Shown here piece after piece: positions 35,322 through 45,595 of a DNA stretch of 51,978 nucleotides. The translations under genes were made by a program, and so were the position numbers. Each line of letters starts with the position of its first letter. The first letter of the stretch is position 1. The notes under the pieces are model-generated. The model searched no databases. It was not told where the DNA came from and saw only the letters and a list, made by a program, of their open reading frames with translations. Origin of the DNA: Macrostomum lignano (taxonomy: Eukaryota); assembly GCA_002269645.1 (NCBI GenBank), contig NIVC01004279.1, positions 1 through 51,978 of the forward strand. The letters are read 5' to 3'.

Positions 35322-36376
35322 AGCCATGGATTGCTCGTCTGCATTAAATTCAAAGTTTGCAATTTTGCCCCGCGAGGCCCCCGTTCGCATCGATTGGCTA
35401 CTGAAGATTCCTTAATTAGTTGTCTATATGGTTATAAAAAAAGTTGTGTGTAATTGCTGCAATGGGTTGTTTCATACATAGTAAACCCTTCCCTGAGAGC
35501 TGTCAAATTGAGTCCGCATTTCGTCGGTCATGCAGTGTCCTGCAGATGGCTACAATGATTTAAAAAAAGCTGTAAGTACATGTACGTTGGGGCATGCAGG
35601 CCAAAATCGTGCACATCAAATTTGTAATATGTAAACAACTGCGATGGCTTGTCTTTATTTGCTTATCCTGTCAAAGATGCACAAGGGCTGGCTATTTGGC
35701 TCGACAACGTTGAAATTATTATAAAACAGATCGAGAATTCGCACCGACATATCAAAAAAGGTACACCTGTGTGAGCTAGCTCCATTCAAGAACGAAAATT
35801 TTCTTACTTTGGCACAGGGTAGCCAAGCTCAGCTGGTACATGAATGTACAGTAAGAGTAGAAAAATATTGAGACCGGGAGCGGTTCAGAAGTACGAAATG
35901 GCCCGATTCTCCACTAGTCCTGCAGCGCTTTGATGCTGAAGACTCATGCAGTTGGACAATAACACCGCGGAGATTTGCATCCATTTGCCAAACGAAGCTT
36001 AAAGCAGCTGATTCAAACAAAAGATCGAAGCCTTATTCTATCTAGAAAGCGACGCCATCGGGTCGAAAGATTTCTAAAGGCCAAGTGTAAAAGGCATTTG
36101 CCTCTGGAGTAGTAATTCAGACAACTGAGGAGAAGTGCATGTGCGTGGAAAACTGAATACGAAAGTTTCAAAGAAAATCTATTTAGTTAATCAGCTAGCT
36201 ATAAAATTGTTACATGTATTCATATTTAGGAGACTTCCGTACATAAGAACTGTATCTTACAGTACGTTTTTGCCATAGACAACTAAGGAATCTTCAGTAG
36301 CCAATCGGTGCGAACGCGGGGGCTTCGCGGGGCAAAATTGCACCCCCAAATTTAAAGCAGAGGAGCAATCCATGGT
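35322..36376 (+). mobile_element. ~1.05-kb element with ~110-bp TIRs and a decayed THAP domain (Kolobok-like)
   Basis: Arms 35322-35431 and 36273-36376 are inverted copies; flanks are ataa / ttaa. Internal CRPKSC..GLSLFAYPVKD...WLDNV...LCEL(H)F at 35595-35790 carries a stop and frameshifts. Confidence 0.65.
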
Positions 36377-37248
36377 TTAATCATCCCAGCCTGGTTGAGC
36401 TCACGATTCTTTCACTGTCCACACGTACCAAGCTGATTTTGGAACAATAAGGGCCTCTATATGTGCCATGTACGAGCTATTCTTGCCAGACCAATTAATT
36501 GAACGCAGCTAGGAGCCATAAAAGTCAAAGCGGTATAGCGAAAAAGCTGGCTATAGCGGCCGAGAAAGCGGATCCCAACGGACCGGCTTTGACATCATGC
36601 AAAACTGCACATGCTATTCATGGAATAATACAGGTTCTTATAATACATCAATGCATGACTTTCTATTCTTTGCTGACATTCATTATTAATTGTCGCGGAG
36701 TCAAGAAACTAAACAACATACACTTTTGCTGCATTTTAGTAAGTTTTCTTAGTTTAGTAATGAAATTTTACCTTTATTACATAGCTACTAGTATATTTAA
36801 AATAAAAGTCTTTTACATCAAAATCTTCTGGAAGCCTATATTTACATGTACTATATTAAAAAATTTCAGAAAAGCCTGTGAAATAAAACTTTACGGCTCT
36901 ACCTATGAATCGAAATGACCAAGTTAATTGGTAGTGTTGATGTGGCTTCTAAAATAGAAAATTTTGCAAAAAACTACACAGCTATCACAGAAAATAACAA
37001 TCGAAACTGCAGCTGCACCCTGCTGATCAGTGCTGATATGTGCGAGACGGATACATTCTATATATATTTATTCTATCCAGAATACATGTACATGTATATT
37101 ACGATACTAACTATAAGCTGGAAAGCAGCTTGACACATTCTCAAAGGTATCAAGGCTATAGCTAATCATACTCGGAACTTTTTAGGCAGAAAGTATTTCT
37201 TACAGACAGTTTGTTTAAACCATTTGGAAACAAAAAAATCTATAAAGT

Positions 37249-39306
37249 TCATCCAAACCTAAGCTGTTTCGCCTGCAAGTCAGTTCGCTCTCGCCATTCC
37301 CGGAACCGAGCTCTAGCGCCCATGCTAGGAAAGTGCAAGTCTAGAAGTTGAGCGCACTTCTCCAATGCCGACATGTTTGGCGCCTGGACTCGGATGACGC
37401 GCCTCTCCTCGCCATTCGGACGGCGCCTGATGCGGTCGGTTATCTCTATGCTACAGCCGCTGCGGGCGGAAACTACCGCACCGCGGCGATCGCAGCTGCC
37501 AGGAAAAAATGGCAGCAAGCCCGACGAGCTGTTCTCTACGTCAACCTCCAGTGTCAGGGGTCGAGCTTCGTTTAATTGCCGACGACTCATAGCGCTGCCG
37601 CCAAAGCTGTCAGTGGCATAGGGCTGCTCAGCGGCTGCGGGAGAGCGGGTAATTGCTATCAGTTGCATTCGATTGTCCTGCAACACAAGCCTATGAGAAC
37701 TCTTGTTAGAAACGGCCCGTTGTGTCCACACTGAATTAGACGAAAGCATCCACAAAAAGTTTTGAAATAGTTTGAGAGACTCGTCAAAGAATTCTTACTC
37801 ATTGACTCGGCAGAGTTTCCCACGGCGCCATCAATACCACAGAAGTCACCGCTAGCAGCAGACGCTTCAGGCCCGACATTTTGGGACGACATCAATGGCT
37901 GGGTTGGCTGCGGATTAGACGGCTCTTGATCCCGGTCGGACGTTGTGTCTGGAGCAGCACTACTCAGCCAAGATCGCTCAGGCAAGTCGGGCTGACTCAT
38001 CAGCACAGGCATAGACACCATGAGCTCGTTAATCGCTGCTGTAATGTCTTTACTCCGCTTGGCGCAAATATGAACAGCCCGTTTGCGCGCGGTGCCCAGC
38101 GTATCCTTTTCCCGTTTGCTGCATTCCACCGAGCAGCAGGATACGGTTATGTCCACTTGGCACTGCCGCATGACGGCCTCCATGTCATTTCCGTGCACGA
38201 AGCTGATGACGCTCGTCCAGTTTTGGGGAACGTAAACTGTACGACGAACCGTAGTTTCTGGCTGTGAGGAGTTGAAAAGCTCGAAAATAATGCAAATTAT
38301 TTTCTTGGAAAGTAGGTGACTTTGTCTATATAGCGGCTGTTCAATTAATAGCTAGCTAGCTTCGATTAATTTTAAAGCTTGTCTAGAATTTCGATGCCTT
38401 GATCTGCCTTGATCTGATCTGACTGCTTAAGAAACTGTTTTCAATTTAAGTAAAAAGCTGCTTCATAGAATATAATCAAACCTCAACAGCGGGCTGCTTT
38501 TCACCAAAAGCAGAACCAGTGGATGCATTGGCAGTAGTCTCTTTAATAGGCATGGCGTTTGCTACAATAGGGCCAACGACTACTGGTGCTGCAGTAATTG
38601 CCGAGGTGAGACACGAAGAATCCGGTACATTGTAAATCTGTTGAGAATGTGGCTGCTGCTGCTGCTGCTGCTGCTGCTGATACTGCATGCTGCTATTGCA
38701 TGCATTGGAGGCTGGTACAGCAAAATTGTAGCTTTGCTGCATCTGATGCTGACAACTAAACTGTTGCTGAAGATTGTCAAACAAGTTTTCTGTTGGATCA
38801 GGAATCTTCTTTTGACTAAAGCAGCTTTGACTTTGTTGCTTGGAATGTTCAAGTTGATTGATGCTACTTTGCTGCATCAGTTGCTGCTTCAGCGTCTGAT
38901 CATTTCTAGCAAGAGGCTCGTGACACTGATCCAGTTTAGATGTAGGAATCTGCAGGTTGAACGGTGTCATGAATTTCCATGGTTTGTTATATGAAGTTTA
39001 AGAAATTTATTCTACACACGGATGCTATATGCTCGTACTAAAAAGGTGACAGTCTAACCGCAGATGGTGAGAATGAATCGTCAGGTAGAGACGTACAGAC
39101 ATACTCTGACAGATATACTTCAGGCCACTGGGAATTATGAGCAGTATACGAGCGTCTGTAGAAGAGAACAGAAAGAGAGAAGAGAAGAGAAGTCAAAAGA
39201 GAAAGCTACGGTCGAACTCACGGCGGTATTGCTAGTAAGCCAGCATTCGTCATTGTCGTCGATCTCTGCATCGTTGCCACAAAAGAGTGCACCTTGTTGA
39301 CCAGGC

Positions 39307-39337
<31 letters not shown>

Positions 39338-39719
39338 GCTGCTGCTGTCGTTGTTGTTGTTGTTGTTGCTGCTGTTGCTGCTCACGTGCTTCAAGCTCAG
39401 CTGTAGCAGTCACCGAGCTCTCGGTCTCAGTGAAGCAGCAATCGTTTGGCTGTGATGAATCTTCGCTGCAAAGTGCATCGCCGCTGCTGCTGCTGCTGTT
39501 GCTGCCAGAGTAGGCTTTGTCAAACTCTTCGCAAGCGCACCGGACAGTCTGGCTTTGCCTCCGGCCATCTTTCGGCCGCTGAGTTTGCTGTCGCTGCTGC
39601 TTGAGCTTGTTTGACTTGCTTCGTCGAACGCTTTGCACTTGAGAGTTGAGGTTAAAAGACGCTCTGGTGGACTTTTTATCTTTGTTTGTACGCGACGGTG
39701 AAGAGAAGCCGTTGCCCAT
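37249..39719 (-). CDS. Uncharacterised ~636-aa protein: poly-Q/Ser-rich N-half and two degenerate KH-like domains
   Basis: Exons 39222-39719, 38482-38949, 37799-38261 and 37249-37730; GT-AG sites with consistent phases give one ORF. The KH-like pattern occurs twice (RRTVYVP...AVMRQCQVDITV...RAVHICA...ITAAINEL; LEVDVE...GAVVSARSGCSIEI...RRVIRVQA...LEKCAQLL). An upstream exon is not excluded. Confidence 0.7.
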
Positions 39720-39886
39720 TTGCGACTTGTAGCTATTCAATTCGTCTAACACCTTTGTTTGTTAAGGCACTGAGCTACGTAGGATTTACTTTAAAACTTG
39801 CTTTTACAAGTACGGGCTCCAAAAGTGTTTCAATAAAGTCTGGAAATATCTTTGTCCATAGACATCTTTGTCATATAGCGCTTATA

Positions 39887-40662
39887 TCGCTTTTGACGCT
39901 CTAGATAAGACTTAAGACATTCAAAATAAGACTGCATAGGATCGCAAGCAAGGCCAGGCTAGCCACGGCCAGAGCAAGCCCAGTCTTGGCTGCAGGGATG
40001 GCTTGGCCATAGACTAAAAAATTGAATATCAAAATGAGAATAAGACGCTCAATATGAGACCGGGAGTGAACGTAATTTATTTGCTTTTTGGCAGTCACCA
40101 TACAAACAGCTAAGGAGAAATTAGGCAATAAACAAGAAGCAGAATAGCATATCGAAATGTTTAGTCCATCACTGAAGTCAGCCTGGCGGACTGCGTTAGA
40201 AGGCCATTCGATTTAAGCACCTGCCAAAGTGCCTCTGACAGCGGAGTTCCCATCTGGCCGCCTTCTCAGCTGTGATGACGAGGCCGACTGCCTCCCGTGC
40301 AATCCGCTCCAGCAGCATGAAGGTTGATCCATTGTTTACTGCGTCGATCAGATGCTGACGGTCTGCTGCAGGAATCGATGGTGCCATCACAGTGAAATCC
40401 AAGGGGTCAGATGCAACCCAAGGGGTGAAGAAGGAGAGCTGGCTGAGGGTCAGAGGGTTAGAGCGATATCTGAAGGCTTTCACACTCAGTCTCATATTGA
40501 GCGTCTTATTCTCATTTTGATATTCCATTTTTTAGTCTATGGCCAAGCCATTCCTGCAGCCAAGACTGGGCATGCTCTGGCCGTGGCTAGCCTGGCCTTG
40601 CTTGCGATCCTATGCAGTCTTATTTTGAATGTCTAAAGTCTTATCTAGAGCGTCAAAAGCGA
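39887..40662. mobile_element. Foldback/MITE-like element, ~776 bp, ~175-bp TIRs, probable TA TSD
   Basis: 39887-40060 and 40489-40662 are inverted copies with ~4 mismatches; ta|tcgctttt...aaaagcga|ta. Confidence 0.85.
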
Positions 40663-41179
40663 TACTACTGCTGCAGGATTTGCTTTGGCTAGTGAAATAT
40701 TTTGTTTTGGAATTTTGTTTTCCGGTAACAAGGTTAACTCAAACGTACAATGCTCAACGTACATCTTTAAACAAAAAGCGATATCTTCGCTCAATTCCGA
40801 TCAATGGCTACTTTCCGCTACGGAAGCGATTCTCTGCTTTATCAAGTACTTGTTTTTGCTGTTTAGACCTCATCAAAACTGCACTGCTAATAAAAACTAT
40901 ACTTTATCCGCAGTTTCAACCGACGATTATTTATCGATGTCGGAAAAGTTCATTCGAATAAACCTGACAGCACTATACCACTTCGACAGTAGATTAAGGG
41001 CTTAATTATCATGAAGGCAGCAGACCTGCAGGACCAGATGCAGTACACATTTGCAAGAGGCACAGGTTGCAACATGGGGAATACATCCTCTGTTTATTAG
41101 CCTGATCAGAATAGAGGGCTGATTCATCACGAAGCTTGGTCTTGGATACAAGGACTGCTTGAAAAGTACTTAATCGATA

Positions 41180-41499
41180 GGGGGTAGTCTAGTGGTTAGA
41201 GCGTCGGACTCACTCTGGAAGGTCGGGGGTTCGATTCCTGATCCCACTCGGTACATTTTGTGTTCTTGACCAAGACAGTAACTCACTCTGCATTGCTTCA
41301 GTTCACCCAGCTGTAAAATGGGTGCCAGCATTAGCTGGGGGGGGGGGGGTAATTGAGGGGTGTGGCGACCCCCCAGTCCTTGGACTGAACAGCCACCGTA
41401 CGCAGCCTTCAGATGCGCCGCGCAATAGCTGCGGCTGGGCTGTCAGTTGCACATCTGCCCACTAGAGCTGGTGTTATCACTTATTATCATTATTCATAT
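41180..41499 (+). mobile_element. tRNA-derived CORE-like SINE, copy 2, full length with TSD
   Basis: A box tagtctagtgg, B box ggttcgattcc, CORE-like block and ATT-rich tail; 13-bp TSD tacttaa(t/a)cgata at 41167-79 and 41500-12. Confidence 0.88.
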
Positions 41500-41649
41500 T
41501 ACTTAAACGATACCTAAGTCGTGCTCGCATGGATAGCTACAGGCTTAGTAAAGCAGAAGGAGCAAATTAAATTTAACCTTACTTAGAAAGTATTTAATTT
41601 TGACACGATTGACACAACCTGCAAAACTCCCCGCTGTAATTATCAAGAC

Positions 41650-41816
41650 TAGGGGTGTTCGGGGTTCGGGGTTAGGTCGGGGTTCGGGGTCGGGATTAGG
41701 GGTCGGGGTTCGGGGTCCCGATGAATGTTCGGGATGGGGTTCGGGATTCCCGAAAGATGTTCGGGATCGGGGTTAACCCCGAACCCCGAAAAAAAATGCC
41801 ATCCCGAACACCCCTA
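41650..41816. mobile_element. 167-bp hAT-type MITE
   Basis: TIR taggggtgttcgg/ccgaacaccccta; perfect 8-bp TSD atcaagac; internal ttcgggg repeats. Confidence 0.92.
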
Positions 41817-42112
41817 ATCAAGACACTATACCTAATGATATAAAAATTAGCTAGATCACAGAAGTAACTCAATTTTTAGTAAATAAGCTACCAAGAGCAG
41901 TAACAGGTTTTATTTTCCTGTATATATCTTCTGCTTAAATGATAGAAATACTTTCAAACACACTGGTTTCTAAAGGCCCTATGAGTGCTAGGGCTCACAT
42001 CTGTAACTCACCGAACCGAATATTATTCGAGGCACTATTCCAGGCACATAGGCGCAATGGAAATCAAATAATGGTTTGAGCGGGTAGGGTCAGCGCTCAA
42101 GCAGCTTCTCTC

Positions 42113-42660
42113 TCACAGGCAACCAGGCAAACCCCCCCCCCCCCAAAGCATTGGCTGTGAGTCTTCTGTGTCACTCGTTCGCAGGCTGCTGGCTTGGCCC
42201 TCAAATCTCAGCTTCGTTTTTGTCTTTTGGCCATTGAGGCCGGCTAGTCTAGAGCTGGTCTGTTTGGATATGTACTCGTGGTTGCGGTCGAGATGAGTAG
42301 AGGTCGTTGTTTTTCCAGTGCTTACAAGCAGCTTCACAGCAGATCCACACCCTGACCGTGAAATAAAACTTATAGATAAGCCTCTTTATTAGACTTTTGC
42401 CATTGTACTCCGCCAATTTCGTGCCAAGATTGGCTGCATAGAGGGGCCCCGGGGGGTGGGAAGGTGACCCGCAACAGCCTTCAGTTTGCATTTTTGCCCA
42501 TGAAACGACAATTTATATGGTTTTTCCCATATAATCGTTTCCTTCTGCCAACAAACAGTTCAGGAAGACAACGAACTATGGACTCATGGTACTTTCTCTG
42601 TGTGATCTCTAGAGTCACATTCTCAAACTTCAGGGCGAGGATCTTTCCTCTTCAATCAGT
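42113..42660 (-). pseudogene. Possible decayed BED-finger (hAT transposase N-terminus) fragment
   Basis: Across a frameshift: FYFTVRVWIC..KLLVSTGKTTTSTHLDRNH, resembling the BED C..C...T.NL..HL...H motif; weak. Confidence 0.3.
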
Positions 42661-43185
42661 ATATTTTATAAGCTAACACACTGTACGTGAGCAAGGAAGA
42701 ATAGGGGAAGAAAGTGGAATGGGGAGGCCCAATAGGAGCCGTCGGCCAGAGGAGATTCATGCATCACGCGAGGCTGGGCTTCTCGCTCGCCGATCATCGG
42801 GGCTATTTTTAGGCATGCAGATCTTGTGCATCTGGGGAGTTGCTGGATGCTTGTTCACGCATCACGCGCATGTCCCACCCTCTTGCTAACGGCGCTTTCG
42901 TTTCACTTCACCCAGTCCATGCAACTAATGTACTCAAAAGCAAGACTTATAATTGTTGAGACAACAGTTATAAAGAAAGGCACGAGCTTAAAATAAACAA
43001 ATTGAACTACGTAGTATTGCTTGCGTCTGACATAAATTACAGGCTAGCTATAGTTAAAGCCCAGGCGTTTTTAGACACAATTCGTCCATTAAAAACCCAG
43101 CCACTGGAGCTTCGTGACCAGCAAGAAACATTCAACATTCTAGTAACAAGGAAAACGTAAAGCAACAGCATTCAGGTGCCTGAAA

Positions 43186-44702
43186 ATGTCCGAGAACGTG
43201 CGCCAATTTGTCAGCAAGCTAGTTAGCGCCGAAGCTCTAGATAGTGCCAAAGATTTTTGCCTCGCCAATGGTAAAAGCCTGGCTGCAGCCACTGGAGCCG
43301 CGGTGGCGCTGCTGTACGCGGCCAGAGCTTACTATCGGGTTTATAGACTGCCACCAGGACCTCTGGGCTTGCCTATTCTTGGCAGGTTGCCCTGGCTCGA
43401 CCTGAAACACTTGGAAGAGAGTCAGGAGAAGATGCGACATCAATACGGTGGTATCTATTCGTACCGAATGGGCAGCCGCTCAGCGAAGACGTCTTTTCTG
43501 GCAGGCAGTTGCCCCCAGCCGCTCAGCGGACGGCTCAAGGTTGCGGAATACTCTTTGTCGAAGGTCGAGTCTGGTCTGAGCAACGAAGAGTGTCTCTACG
43601 GGTCCTGAGAGACTTTGGTTTTGCTCGCACGGAATCTGTGGAGTTTATCAATGAAGAGATTTGCATCCTGATGGAAAAACTGGAGCAGCAACCGACTGAG
43701 GTCAAGGTGATCGACCATTTTAATGCCCTGACTAACAGCGTCATTGCTATGCTCGTGTTCGGTAGGCGCTACGCCAACGAGGACAAAAGATACGAAAAAT
43801 TCTTAGAGAATTCAAAGTTTCTCTTCGACGTAGGACTACTGAGTGAACTGCCGTTTCTCTTTCCCTACCTGTCCAAGTTGCTCAGTCTTTTGCCAATGAC
43901 TAGAAAAATCGTTAAAACTGTCCAAGACATTCAAACGTTTATCGAGGAAGAGATTACTAAGCGAGAGGCTCTGATCTCTAGCGATGCTGATGCCGAAGGA
44001 ACTTGCCTGTGCGATGCCTACATTATAGAGCGCCGGAATGCTGAAGCCAAGGGTGACTTTGAGACGTTCAAAAAATTCCAGCTAGTCAGGGTTAGCATGG
44101 AACTGTTCGTTGCTGGCACCGATACCACGGCAAAGACGCTGGAGTGGCTCATGATCCACATGGCCGCGTTCCCGGAGGCGCAGGACAATGTCCAGGAGGA
44201 GATTCACCGAGTTGCTGGAACGGAGAGGCAGCCGCAGCTGTCGGACAAAGCGCAGCTGCACTACACGCAGGCTGTCATCGATGAGAGCATGCGGTTCGCA
44301 TCTCTGGCTCCAAATGCGATATCTCACAGAGCTATAAAAGACACGTACTTCCGAGGCTATCTCATTCCGGCCGACGCAGCCATTGTGCCATTCCTGTACG
44401 GACTGCATCGAAACTCGAAGTACTGGAAGCGACCGCATACATTTTATCCGGGTCACTTCCTGACCGAGGACGGCCGCTACGCTCCATCAAAGATGTTGGA
44501 ACCGTTCTGCGTCGGCAAGCGGGCCTGTCCGGGCGAGAGTTTGGCCAAGTTGGAGATTTTCCTCACCTTCACGGCCATCATACAGCGCTATCGGGTGAGA
44601 TTCTCGCGCGACTACGAGACTAAAGTGGACGATATTCTGCGCGGAGTGTGCGGCCTGGCCCGCGACGCGGGGGAGAACCGGCTGGACTTTGTGCGACTCT
44701 GA
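43186..44702 (+). pseudogene. Cytochrome P450, CYP2 clan, intronless, frameshifted by an internal deletion at ~43480
   Basis: TM anchor plus PPGPLGLPILG; after the shift SEDVFSGR...WSEQRR, AGTDTT, ESMR, PGHF and FCVGKRACPGE (heme). About 15 codons expected between GSR and SEDVFSGR are absent. Confidence 0.85.
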
Positions 44703-45595
44703 ACTGCGAAGTTGAATTTTAGATTTTAATGGATATTTCTATTGTAACTTTAGACATTAAACTTTAAACACTAGATAGTCAGCATGCAGTGCAGCAGCTG
44801 ATACATTTTACATGCAGTCTATTGGTGAGACTGCCGAGAAGGGTCAGAAACATCCGTATATTTTTATATACATGTATCTGCTAATCTAGCTTTTAGCCCC
44901 AAATTTTCTACCGACAAAAGACAAAATTGTTGGACGAAATTCTCAACCAAAAGCTAGGAGTTTCTGTTTTTAATCCAAACTAATAATAAAAACAAATTCA
45001 CATTTGCAAAGCATGACGCGTCTATATTTCAGATAAATTTATTCTATCAAAATAAAAAATCATTCGTCATGAATAAAAACAATTAAATAAACTAGGTGGA
45101 GTCTTTCCTATTTACAATAACCATCACCAATAATAGATTGTTTTTCAAAAAACACAGTGAATATCAAATAGCCTGTATATAGGAGTTAATTAAAGCACCA
45201 GAAAACTCATTTATAAATTAAAATAATCGGCAGTTCTTGGCAACAGTACAAAAATTAAGACGGTACACTAAAAGAAACAATAAAATGCTAAATCACGCAA
45301 AAATATTTAATTTCTATCCAGATTAGAAAACAAACGCAAAATTAATATTACGCTATCCGATCTATAATATAGCTAATCTAGTAGTCAATAATCAATACAT
45401 AACAACAATGATACTACTCGTATTACAGTAGTATTGGCCCAGAATACTCGAAAAGCCATGATGAGAAGAAAACATGGCATAAAAAATGAAAAATTATTGC
45501 CTTCTTTATTAGTTAACAATCGATACGATCGCAAAAGAATCACAGTTGCGCAATCAAGCGAAAAGTGAAACCAAATTTATAACAGAAAAGGTCAT

